NCBI GenBank assembly: GCA_964553875.1
Contig: CAZKNH010000004.1
Span: forward strand, 5,391 to 69,390
Origin: an uncultured Gammaproteobacteria bacterium
Lineage (GTDB): Bacteria > Pseudomonadota > Gammaproteobacteria > Steroidobacterales > Rariloculaceae
Direction: 5' to 3'
Length of the DNA: 64,000 bases
Part shown: piece by piece, positions 46,166 through 54,333 of the stretch
Numbering within the stretch: position 1 is the first letter of the stretch
Layout: each line of letters begins with the position of its first letter
Position numbers and translations under genes: made by a program
The notes under the pieces: generated by a model
What the model saw: the letters and a program-made list of their open reading frames with translations, nothing else
Databases searched by the model: none
Told to the model about the DNA's origin: nothing

Positions 46166-47562
46166 AGAGCATGCGCTCTGCTGCGCTCGCCGTCGCGCTC
46201 GCATGCGCCGGTTGCGCCGTCGGTCCGGACTATCGTGCACCCGAGCCTCCGCCCGCCGCCGTCGCGCCGTTCGCCGGCGCCGACGTGGACCTGTTCCGCC
46301 AGGACGCGCCGCAGCACGACTGGTGGCGGCTCTACGACGACCCGGTCCTCGACGCCGCGATCGGCGAGGCGCTCGACGCGAACACCGACCTGCGCCGCGC
46401 GGCCGCGAATCTCGCTCGCGCGAGCGCCCTCACCCGCGAGGCGCGCGGCGGCTGGCTGCCGACGACGACGTTCGGCGCGGGCGCGACGAGCGGCCGACAG
46501 AATTTCCCTCAGCAGGGCTTCGCGTTCGAGGACACGATCTACGACATCGGGCTCGACGTGTCGTATCAGGTCGATCTCTTCGGCCGCGTGCGGCGCACGG
46601 TCGAGGCGTCGACGGCCGAGGCCGAGGCGGTCGAGGCTCTCTATCACTCGGTCCAGATCACCGTCGCGGCGGAGACGGCGCGCGCGTACGTCGCGGCGTG
46701 CGCGGCGCGGCTCGAGCTCGCGGCGGCCGAGAGAAGCCTTGCGCTTCAGCGCGAGACGGAGGCACTGACGCAGCGCCTCTACGACGCCGGGCGCGGGACG
46801 GCGCTCGACGTCGCCCGCGCGTCCGCCGCGGCGGAGCAGACGCGCGCGTCGATCCCGACGCTCGAGGCGCAGCATCGGAACGCGCTCTATCGGCTCGCGG
46901 TGCTGATGGGACGCGCACCGATGGAGTATCCGCCTGCGGCCGCCGAATGTCAGACGCCGCCGGTGCTCGATGCACCGATCGCGGTCGGCGACGGGGCGGC
47001 GCTCCTCGCCCGGCGGCCGGACATCCGCGAGGCCGAGCGCCGGCTCGCCGCTGCGACGGCCCGGATCGGCGTCGCGACCGCGGACCTCTATCCGAGCGTC
47101 AGCTTCGCCGGGTCGACCGGCGCCGTCGCGCTCTCGGCCGGCGACCTCGACAGCGGGGACGCGTCGCGCTGGAGCTTCGGTCCGCTGCTTCGCTTCAGCT
47201 TCCCGAATCGAACGATCGCCCGCGCTCGACTCGCGCAGGCCGAGGCCGACGCGCAAGCCGCGCTCGCGGCGTTCGACGGCGCGTGGCTCAACGCGCTCCG
47301 CGAGGTTGAGAGCGCGCTCGTGGATTACGCGAAGGAGCTCGAGCGGCGCGACGCGCTCTCGGCCGCGCGCGGGCACGCGGAGGATGCGGTGCGGCTCGCG
47401 CGCGCGCGTTTCGACGCGGGACAAGTCAGCTTCCTCGACGTGCTGCAGGCCGACCTCGCGCTCGCGGAGGCCGAGATCGCGCTCGCGCGTTCCGCTGCGC
47501 AGACCGCACGGCTCGAGGTGGCGCTGTTTCTCGCGCTCGGCGGCGGGTGGAGCGAGCGCTGA
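46162..47562 (+). CDS. Efflux transporter outer membrane factor lipoprotein (NodT/OprM family)
   Basis: ATGA overlap with the RND stop. Lipobox LACAGCAVGPDYRAPE. FDGAWLNALREVESAL and LALGGGW at the C-terminus. Confidence 0.85.
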   Translation: MKSMRSAALAVALACAGCAVGPDYRAPEPPPAAVAPFAGADVDLFRQDAPQHDWWRLYDDPVLDAAIGEALDANTDLRRAAANLARASALTREARGGWLPTTTFGAGATSGRQNFPQQGFAFEDTIYDIGLDVSYQVDLFGRVRRTVEASTAEAEAVEALYHSVQITVAAETARAYVAACAARLELAAAERSLALQRETEALTQRLYDAGRGTALDVARASAAAEQTRASIPTLEAQHRNALYRLAVLMGRAPMEYPPAAAECQTPPVLDAPIAVGDGAALLARRPDIREAERRLAAATARIGVATADLYPSVSFAGSTGAVALSAGDLDSGDASRWSFGPLLRFSFPNRTIARARLAQAEADAQAALAAFDGAWLNALREVESALVDYAKELERRDALSAARGHAEDAVRLARARFDAGQVSFLDVLQADLALAEAEIALARSAAQTARLEVALFLALGGGWSER

Positions 47563-47577
47563 CGAGTCGCTGCTCCC

Positions 47578-47612
47578 CCGACCGATAGCGAACGGCGGCG
47601 TTCGCCGGTCGG
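47578..47612 (+). terminator. Bulged 14-bp hairpin after the efflux operon (no U-tract)
   Basis: CCGACCG-ATA-GCGAACG-GCGG-CGTTCGC-CGGTCGG, starting 16 nt after the stop at 47562. Confidence 0.3.
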
Positions 47613-47719
47613 CAAGCGCTGATCGGCGGCGCCAATAGTCTTCGTGTAATCTTCCGTGGACCCTGCGCGTCGGACCCACGTCCGTCGAACGACAAGAAGG
47701 AAACGAAACGGGAGTCGGC

Positions 47720-49513
47720 ATGAGCACGAAGCGCCTCGGTTTGATCTCCATCGGATGCCTTTCGGCGCTTGCGTCGGCATTTGCGGCGGCGCAGACGTCG
47801 GCACCGGACGGTCGGCTCGCGGCCGTCGCCGCGGCGCCCGTGACGGACGACGTGCTCGCGCGGCCGGATCCGGCGGACTGGCTGATGTACAGCCGCACGT
47901 ACGATGCGCAGCGCTTCAGCCCGCTCGATCAGATCAATCGCGATAACGTCGCCAACCTCGAGAGGGTGTGGACGAAGCCGCTGCCGCCGGGGACGATCGA
48001 GATCATTCCGCTCGTCTACAAGGGCGTGATGTACCTCGTCACGCCGGGCGGGCGCGAAGGGCCGAGCGAGGTGCTCGCGCTCGATGCGGCGACCGGCGAC
48101 GAGCTGTGGCGGTATACGCCCGAGGGCCAGGCCGCGTCGCGTATCAAGGCGCTCGCGATCTATGAGGACATGATCTACTTCACCGCGCCCGCGCCGCGCA
48201 ATGAGCCGAACTCGGTCGTCGCGCTCGATGCCGTAACGGGGGCCGTCCGATGGGAGACCGAGGTCACGGTCGAGACGCATACGTCAGGCGCGATCGTGGC
48301 GGACGGCAAGGTGATCTCGGGCCGCACGTGCAACAGCTCGCGTGAAGAGTGCTACATCGTCGCGCACGACGCGAGGACGGGCGAGGAGGTCTGGCGCTTC
48401 TATACCGCGCCCGGCGCCGGCGAGCCCGGCGACGAGTCGTGGGGCGGCACGCCGCCGAGCGAACGGCGCGCGTCGACGTGGGGATTGCCGGGCACCTACG
48501 ATCCCGAGCGCGGGATCGTGTACTGGGGCATCTCGAATCCGATGCCCAATACGCGCGCGGACCGGCACGGCGGCGATCACGAGGCGATACCGCGGCACGC
48601 GCCCGCGGACCTCTACAGCAACTCCACGGTCGCGCTCGACGTCGATACGGGCGAGCTCGTCTGGTACTACCAGCATTTGCCGGGCGATGACTGGGACATG
48701 GACATCAACCAGGAGAAGGTGCTGATCCGCACCGTCGTCGATCCCGATCCCGAGCACGTGAAGTGGATCAGCTCGAAGCTCGAGCGCGGCGCCGAACGCG
48801 ACATCGTCGTCACGGTCGGCGAGGGCGGCGGCATATGGGTTAACGATCGACACACCGGCGAGTTCCTGTGGGCGTCGCCGTTCCCGTACGACACGCCGAA
48901 CTTCATCCTGTCGCACATCGACGAGGAGACGGGGGCGACCTATATCAACTGGGATCTCGTGCTCAAGGAGCCGGGCGCGAACAGCCTGATCTGCTACTGG
49001 AATACCCGCAGCTACTGGCCGACGGCGTATCACCCGGGCACGAACTCGTTGTACGTGCCGTACGTCAACCATTGCCTCGACATGACGCGCGCGGTGCCGG
49101 GCGGCGCCGGCGAGCGGCGTACCGGAGCGCTGCGGCCAGGCACGGATCCTGCCCGGTTCGCCGGCCTCGCGCGGATCGACATGACGACCGGAGAGATCCA
49201 TCGGCTTTACGAGGGCAGGGCAGCCGGCGTCGGCGCCGTGCTCGCGACGGCCGGCGGTCTCGTGTTCTGGGGCGACATCGGGCAGGTGCTGCGCGCGTTC
49301 GACGTCGAGACGGGCGAGATCCTGTGGGAGTCCGAACCGCTCGGCGCGAGCGTGCAGAACAGCACGATCACGTACGCGGTCGACGGCAGGCAGTACGTCG
49401 CGGTCGTGAACGGCGAGCAGCTGACCGGCGCGGGCCTCCTCGCGCGGCCGGCCGAGTTCACGCTGCCCGAGTTCCGCGGCAACTCGATCAACGTGTTCGC
49501 GCTGCCCGAGTAG
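47720..49513 (+). CDS. PQQ-dependent dehydrogenase (quinoprotein alcohol dehydrogenase-like beta-propeller)
   Basis: Signal peptide ending AFAAAQ. DWLMYSRTYDAQRFSPLDQINRDNVANLERVWT..PLVYKGVMYLVTPGG..ALDAATGDELWRY. C-terminal ITYAVDGRQYVAVVNG. Confidence 0.8.
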   Translation: MSTKRLGLISIGCLSALASAFAAAQTSAPDGRLAAVAAAPVTDDVLARPDPADWLMYSRTYDAQRFSPLDQINRDNVANLERVWTKPLPPGTIEIIPLVYKGVMYLVTPGGREGPSEVLALDAATGDELWRYTPEGQAASRIKALAIYEDMIYFTAPAPRNEPNSVVALDAVTGAVRWETEVTVETHTSGAIVADGKVISGRTCNSSREECYIVAHDARTGEEVWRFYTAPGAGEPGDESWGGTPPSERRASTWGLPGTYDPERGIVYWGISNPMPNTRADRHGGDHEAIPRHAPADLYSNSTVALDVDTGELVWYYQHLPGDDWDMDINQEKVLIRTVVDPDPEHVKWISSKLERGAERDIVVTVGEGGGIWVNDRHTGEFLWASPFPYDTPNFILSHIDEETGATYINWDLVLKEPGANSLICYWNTRSYWPTAYHPGTNSLYVPYVNHCLDMTRAVPGGAGERRTGALRPGTDPARFAGLARIDMTTGEIHRLYEGRAAGVGAVLATAGGLVFWGDIGQVLRAFDVETGEILWESEPLGASVQNSTITYAVDGRQYVAVVNGEQLTGAGLLARPAEFTLPEFRGNSINVFALPE

Positions 49514-49518
49514 CGAAC

Positions 49519-50688
49519 GTGCGGAGCGGAAGGCACTTCCTGCAGATTCCCGGTCCGACGAACGTGCCGGACCGGATCCTGCGCGCGATCGATCGTCCGA
49601 CCATCGACCACCGCGGGCCCGAGTTCGCCGCGCTCGCGCGCGAGGTGCTCGCCGAGATCCGGACGATCTTCAAGACCCGTCACCCCGTCGTGATCTATTC
49701 CGCATCAGGCACCGGCGCGTGGGAGGCGGCGCTCGTCAACATGCTCGCCCCGGGCGACACCGTGCTGATGTGCGAGACGGGCCATTTCGCGGCCGCGTGG
49801 GCGAAGCTCGCCGCCCGTCTCGGGCTCGACGTCGTCTCGATCGAAACCGACTGGCGGCGGGGCGCCGACGCAGCGGCGATCGAGGCGCGCCTCGCGGAGG
49901 ACCGTGACTACCGCATCAAGGCGGTCTGCATCGTGCATAACGAGACTTCGACCGGTGCGGTGTCGCGGATCGACCGGGTGCGGCATGCGCTCGATATGGC
50001 GAACCATCCCGCGCTCCTCCTCGTCGACACGATCTCGTCGCTCGGCTCGATCGATTACCGCATGGACGAGTGGGGCGTCGACGTGACCGTCGCGGGCTCG
50101 CAGAAAGGACTGATGCTGCCGCCGGGGCTCGCGTTCAACGCCGTGTCGGACAAGGCGCTCGCGGCGGCGAAGGCCCAGCGCTGCCGGAGCACGTACTGGG
50201 ACTGGCACGAGATGCTCGCCGCGAACGCGAGCGGCTTCTTCCCGTACACGCCGTCGACGAACCTGCTGTTCGGCCTGCGCGAGGCGATCGCGATGCTGCT
50301 CGAGGAGGGACTCGATGCCGTGTTCGCGCGGCACGCTCGCCATGCGGAGGCGACGCGCCGTGCGGTCGACGCGTGGGGGCTCGAGATGTGGTGCGCCGTC
50401 CCCGAGGACCGCAGCAACTCGTTGACGGCCGTACTGATGCCCGACGGTCACGATGCGGACGAGTTCAGACGGAAGACGCTCGCGGCTTTCGACCTGTCGC
50501 TCGGTGCGGGCTTGGGGAAAGTCGCCGGCAAGGTCTTCCGCATCGGGCATCTTGGCAGCTTCAATGACCTGATGCTCGCCGGGACGCTTGCGGGCGTCGA
50601 GATGGGGCTGAAGCTCGCCGGTGTCCCTCATCGGCCCGGCGGCGTCGGACGAGCGCTCGATTATCTCGCCGAGGCGGTCAGCGCCTGA
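49519..50688 (+). CDS. Class V aminotransferase (serine-glyoxylate / alanine-glyoxylate type)
   Basis: GTG 49519 lies 5 nt after the PQQ dehydrogenase stop. FLQIPGPTNVPDRILRAIDRPTIDHRGPEF, VHNETSTG, PLP lysine context AGSQKGLMLPPGL. Confidence 0.8.
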   Translation: MRSGRHFLQIPGPTNVPDRILRAIDRPTIDHRGPEFAALAREVLAEIRTIFKTRHPVVIYSASGTGAWEAALVNMLAPGDTVLMCETGHFAAAWAKLAARLGLDVVSIETDWRRGADAAAIEARLAEDRDYRIKAVCIVHNETSTGAVSRIDRVRHALDMANHPALLLVDTISSLGSIDYRMDEWGVDVTVAGSQKGLMLPPGLAFNAVSDKALAAAKAQRCRSTYWDWHEMLAANASGFFPYTPSTNLLFGLREAIAMLLEEGLDAVFARHARHAEATRRAVDAWGLEMWCAVPEDRSNSLTAVLMPDGHDADEFRRKTLAAFDLSLGAGLGKVAGKVFRIGHLGSFNDLMLAGTLAGVEMGLKLAGVPHRPGGVGRALDYLAEAVSA

Positions 50689-50763
50689 CCCGGCCGCCCG
50701 GGACCTGGGCGGCCGGTCAAAACGCAATTGACAATCGTTCGCAACGCGCCCATCCTAGGCGCC

Positions 50764-50970
50764 ATGTACATCTGCATCTGCAACGGCCATCGCGACAGCG
50801 ATATCCGCGACGCCGCCCGACGTGAGGGCCTTCGATCCGCCCGGGAGATCTACCGCCGCCTCGGCAAGCCGGTCCGGTGCGGGCGCTGCCTCGAGGTGGC
50901 GGCGCAGGTGATCGAGGAAGCCCACGCGACGCTTCCCGCCGCCGTGGCCGAGGTTTCCGACGTTGCATAG
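50764..50970 (+). CDS. bfd: Bacterioferritin-associated ferredoxin (2Fe-2S)
   Basis: MYICICNGHRDSDIRDAAR...VRCGRCLEVAAQVI gives the CxC...CxxC pattern. The track start at 50728 is a TTG extension. Confidence 0.8.
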   Translation: MYICICNGHRDSDIRDAARREGLRSAREIYRRLGKPVRCGRCLEVAAQVIEEAHATLPAAVAEVSDVA

Positions 50971-51047
50971 CTGGCGCGGACTTCGCCCCCGCACCGTAGT
51001 CGCGGTGCTCGAGCACGCCGGGCTCCTGCCGGTGAGAAGCCCCGACC

Positions 51048-51524
51048 CTATTCCGCCGAGTCGCTCTGCAGCTGAACGTAGTTCGGAAGACCCAAACGCT
51101 TTATCAGCTCGAACTGGGCCTCGAGCTTATCCACGTGCTCCTCTTCGCTAGCGAGGATCTCCTCGAGCAGCCGGCGGGACACGTAGTCGCTCGCGCGCTC
51201 GCATAGCGCGATCCCTTCCCTGAGCAGTGGAATCGCGAGCTGCTCCTGGCGCAGATCGCACTTCAGGATTTCCTCGACGTCCTCGCCGATGAACAGCTTG
51301 CCGATGTCCTGGAGGTTGGGCAGGCCCTCGAGGAACAGGATCCGCTCGACCAGCCGGTCGGCATGGCGCATCTCGTCCAGGGACTCTTCGTACTCGAACT
51401 TTGCGAGCTTCGTGACGCCCCAATTGCGCAGCATCCGATAGTGGAGGAAGTACTGGTTGATCGCGGTGAGCTCGTTGTAGAGCACCTTGTTCAACATCGC
51501 GATTACGTCGTCGTTACCTTTCAT
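51048..51524 (-). CDS. bfr: Bacterioferritin
   Basis: MKGNDDVIAMLNKVLYNELTAINQYFLHYRMLRNWG...EYEESLDEMRHADRLVERILFLEGLPN. Heme Met and di-iron ligand pattern. Start ATG 51524. Confidence 0.9.
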   Translation of the reverse strand: MKGNDDVIAMLNKVLYNELTAINQYFLHYRMLRNWGVTKLAKFEYEESLDEMRHADRLVERILFLEGLPNLQDIGKLFIGEDVEEILKCDLRQEQLAIPLLREGIALCERASDYVSRRLLEEILASEEEHVDKLEAQFELIKRLGLPNYVQLQSDSAE

Positions 51525-51594
51525 GCCTCGCTCGCCGCTCGGAACAACGGACACAGGCTACCACAGGGCAGCGTCCGGACGTGTCGAGCGGGCG

Positions 51595-52938
51595 TCAGAG
51601 GTACGGAGTGAAGAGCCATGCGGCGCCGTCGCGGATCCGCTCGGGGAGCGGCCTGCCGTCGACGTCCTGCAGCGTGACCGAGGTCGAGCGTGCGCGGCAC
51701 TCGTCGAAACGAGCGGCGAGCTCGCCGACGAGACGCGGGTCGCGGATTTCGACGGCGAGCTCGAAGTTGAGGCGCAGGCTTCGGGGATCGAGGTTCCACG
51801 AGCCGATGACGGCGCGATCGTCGTCGACGACGAGCAGTTTCGTGTGCACGAACGGTCCGGGCTGATAGTGGATGTGCACGCCGAACAACAGAAGCTCCCA
51901 GAGCATGTGCCTCGTCGCCCAATGCACGTACGGCAGGTTGTTCGTCGCAGGCAGCACGACGGCGACGTCGATTCCGCGGAGCGCCGTCGCCTGGAGAACG
52001 CCGACGAGCTCCGGAGGCGGCAAGAAATACGGCGTCATGATCGCCACGCGCCGGCGCGCGCCCGCGATCGCTTCGAGGAGCAGCCCAACGAGCGGATCGC
52101 GGTTCTCGTCGGGGCCGTCGGCGACGACCCTGCAGAGCGCGTCGCCTGAGCGCTCGCTGGGCGTCGCGGGCGGCAGTGATTCGCCGGTCGCGAAGCGCCA
52201 GTCCGTCACGAACACCGCATCGAGGAGCGCGACGACGGGGCCTTCGAGCCTGAAATGCAGGTCGACGACGGGGCGCTTCGTCGCAGGATCGGCAACGAGA
52301 TGCCGCGCGTCGATGTTCATCCCGCCCGTGAACGCGATCGTGCCGTCGACGACGAGGATCTTGCGGTGGTTGCGCAGGTTGACGTGCAACGTCGGCGGGA
52401 TCAGCCGCGGCGGCAGAAAGCGTGCGACACGGACGCCCCGCCTGCGGAGCTCGACGCCGGCACGCGGCCACGTATAGAGCTCGCCGACGCCGTCCAGCAG
52501 CACGCGCACGTCGACGCCGCGCCTGCGCGCGTCCGTGAGCGCTTCGATGAACTCTGCCGCAACGCCGCGCGTGCCGAAGATGTAGGTCGAGAGCCGGATC
52601 GAGCGCTCCGCGCCGCGGATCGCCGCGAGCATCGCGGGATACGCGTCCTCGCCGTTCCGGAGCGCGTCGACGCGATTGCCGCCGACGAGCGGAAATTCGT
52701 CGGCGAGCGCGAGCGGTGCCGATGACACGTTCGTTCCGCGCAGGACGCGCGCCCGGCTCTCGACGCGGTTGATGCCGAAAAGGTAATAGAGGATCGGCCC
52801 AACGAACGGCAGCGCGAGGCTCACGGCGATCCACGCGAGCGCGGACTGCGGCCGGCGCTTGTTGAGCAGCGCGTGCAGCGCGGCGACGAGCCCGAGCGCG
52901 GTCGCGACGGCGGTCAGGAGAGCGTGGAGCGGCGTCAC
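51595..52938 (-). CDS. cls: Cardiolipin synthase (PLD superfamily, two HKD motifs)
   Basis: HRKILVVDGTIAFTGGMNI and HTKLLVVDDDRAVIGSWNLD. Two N-terminal TM helices. Start proposed at GTG 52938 (VTPLHALL). The track start at 53052 would overlap the divergent small gene at 53010. Confidence 0.8.
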   Translation of the reverse strand: MTPLHALLTAVATALGLVAALHALLNKRRPQSALAWIAVSLALPFVGPILYYLFGINRVESRARVLRGTNVSSAPLALADEFPLVGGNRVDALRNGEDAYPAMLAAIRGAERSIRLSTYIFGTRGVAAEFIEALTDARRRGVDVRVLLDGVGELYTWPRAGVELRRRGVRVARFLPPRLIPPTLHVNLRNHRKILVVDGTIAFTGGMNIDARHLVADPATKRPVVDLHFRLEGPVVALLDAVFVTDWRFATGESLPPATPSERSGDALCRVVADGPDENRDPLVGLLLEAIAGARRRVAIMTPYFLPPPELVGVLQATALRGIDVAVVLPATNNLPYVHWATRHMLWELLLFGVHIHYQPGPFVHTKLLVVDDDRAVIGSWNLDPRSLRLNFELAVEIRDPRLVGELAARFDECRARSTSVTLQDVDGRPLPERIRDGAAWLFTPYL

Positions 52939-53009
52939 GCGAGCGGCCGTGGTATGGATCTTGCTGAGACTGCGGCTTCGACCGAAGGTCCCACGAGGAG
53001 GGAACCGCA

Positions 53010-53225
53010 ATGCCGAACCGCAATGAAGGCGAAGGAAGCCGCACGGCGGCACGCCGCTACAACGAGGGCGCCCGCAAGACCGCCGAGCGCGGCGTAAGCG
53101 AACATCCGGAACCGCTGTCGGACGCGGAGCGCGCCGAGCTCGAGCGCGCCGAGAAGGAGGGCCTCCGCCGCGCGAAGGAAGACGATCCGGCCGTCGATCG
53201 CGACTACACGAAACCTACCCGCTGA
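53010..53225 (+). CDS. Small highly charged hypothetical protein (71 aa)
   Basis: Strong SD GAGGAGGG 8 nt upstream of the ATG. High GC3 codon usage consistent with genuine coding. MPNRNEGEGSRTAARRYNEGARKTAERG... Confidence 0.5.
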   Translation: MPNRNEGEGSRTAARRYNEGARKTAERGVSEHPEPLSDAERAELERAEKEGLRRAKEDDPAVDRDYTKPTR

Positions 53226-53298
53226 CGTCGACGGTGGCGCGGGCCGGCGGCTGCGGCCGCCGGCCGGGTGAACGACGTGCCCGCGCATCGCCCGGTCC

Positions 53299-54018
53299 TC
53301 ATTCGACTTTGCCTCGGCGACGAAGATAGCGGGCAACGCAATAGCACGCGAGCGCCCACGCACTCCCTGCGGTCCAGCCGCCGAGCACGTCGGTCGGCCA
53401 GTGCACGCCGAGGTAGATCCTCGAAATGCCCACCGCGACGGTGATGAGCACGGCGACCCCGAGCAGATACGCGCGCAGCAGCGCGCTCGTCTGCGCGCTT
53501 GCGAGGAGCGCGCCGAGCGTGAGGTACGTGATCGCCGACATCATCGAGTGGCCGCTCGGGAAGCTGCTCGTGTAGACGATTTGCCCGTGCGGGACGAGGT
53601 CCGGGCGCGGCCGATCGAAGCCGAGCTTGAGCAGCATGCTGAGCAGCATTCCGCTGCCGACCGCTGCGACCACGTAGCGGGCGAGGTTCGCTTTGCCCTG
53701 AAGCAGGAGGAAGCCGGCCGACGCGAGCGTGACGAACGTCAGGATACCGATGCCGCCGAGCCCCGTGACGTCGCGCGCGGTTTCCTCGAGCCAGTGCGGA
53801 CCGAGCGGATCCGTCGGGTCGTGCTCGGCTCGAAAGAGGAGCAGGACGTACTCGTCGATCGCTCGCGTCTCGCCTTCGAGCACTTCGTCGGCGATCGCGG
53901 CGAAGAGAAAGCCGCCGCCGAGCACGAGGACGAGCGCGAGAAGCATGCCCTGCTCGCGCGCGAAGGCCGCGCGGAGGAGCTCCCGCCAACGTCCCCGCGA
54001 GACGCTCGACGACACCAC
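53299..54018 (-). CDS. PAP2 (acid phosphatase / lipid phosphatase) family membrane protein
   Basis: KLGFDRPRP, SFPSGHSMMSAITY, SRIYLGVHWPTDVLGG (three PAP2 motifs) and multiple TM helices. Confidence 0.8.
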   Translation of the reverse strand: MVSSSVSRGRWRELLRAAFAREQGMLLALVLVLGGGFLFAAIADEVLEGETRAIDEYVLLLFRAEHDPTDPLGPHWLEETARDVTGLGGIGILTFVTLASAGFLLLQGKANLARYVVAAVGSGMLLSMLLKLGFDRPRPDLVPHGQIVYTSSFPSGHSMMSAITYLTLGALLASAQTSALLRAYLLGVAVLITVAVGISRIYLGVHWPTDVLGGWTAGSAWALACYCVARYLRRRGKVE

Positions 54019-54071
54019 GGCCGACGCTGAGCGCTATTGCTGGATTGCGGCGCCGGCTCGAGGCGTCGACG

Positions 54072-54299
54072 TCATACGACGCTGTCCTCCTGCGCGGCAG
54101 GATGTTCGCCGTTCTCGTCGTACACGAACCAGTCGACGCAGCCGTAATCCGGCTGGCCGGGCTCGTTCGTCCAGCGGACGGTTTGTGCTTCCTTCGCGTG
54201 CTGCGGCGGCCGCTGCTCTTCGTTCTTCTTCTCCTCGAGATCGTACCGGCGCCTGCCTCGCAGCGTCATCGCCGTCAGCACGTCGGGGGACCAATGCAT
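54072..54299 (-). CDS. Small hypothetical protein (~75 aa) downstream of the DegP-family gene
   Basis: AAGGAG SD 8 nt upstream of ATG 54299. GC3-rich codons. No recognisable motif. Confidence 0.4.
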   Translation of the reverse strand: MHWSPDVLTAMTLRGRRRYDLEEKKNEEQRPPQHAKEAQTVRWTNEPGQPDYGCVDWFVYDENGEHPAAQEDSVV

Positions 54300-54333
54300 G
54301 CCACTCACTCCTTACGCTCGCAGCGTCGAGTCG

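Noticed and set aside
43013-46240. 1075-aa minus-strand ORF
   Set aside because: Perfect antisense shadow of the RND permease gene, with His/Arg/Asp-rich nonsense composition.
50720-50745. Possible Fur box or promoter upstream of bfd (AATTGACAATCGTTCGCAA with TTGACA)
   Set aside because: Poor match to the 19-bp Fur consensus GATAATGATAATCATTATC when aligned by eye. The -10 candidate (CATCCT) is weak and only 7 nt from the ATG.
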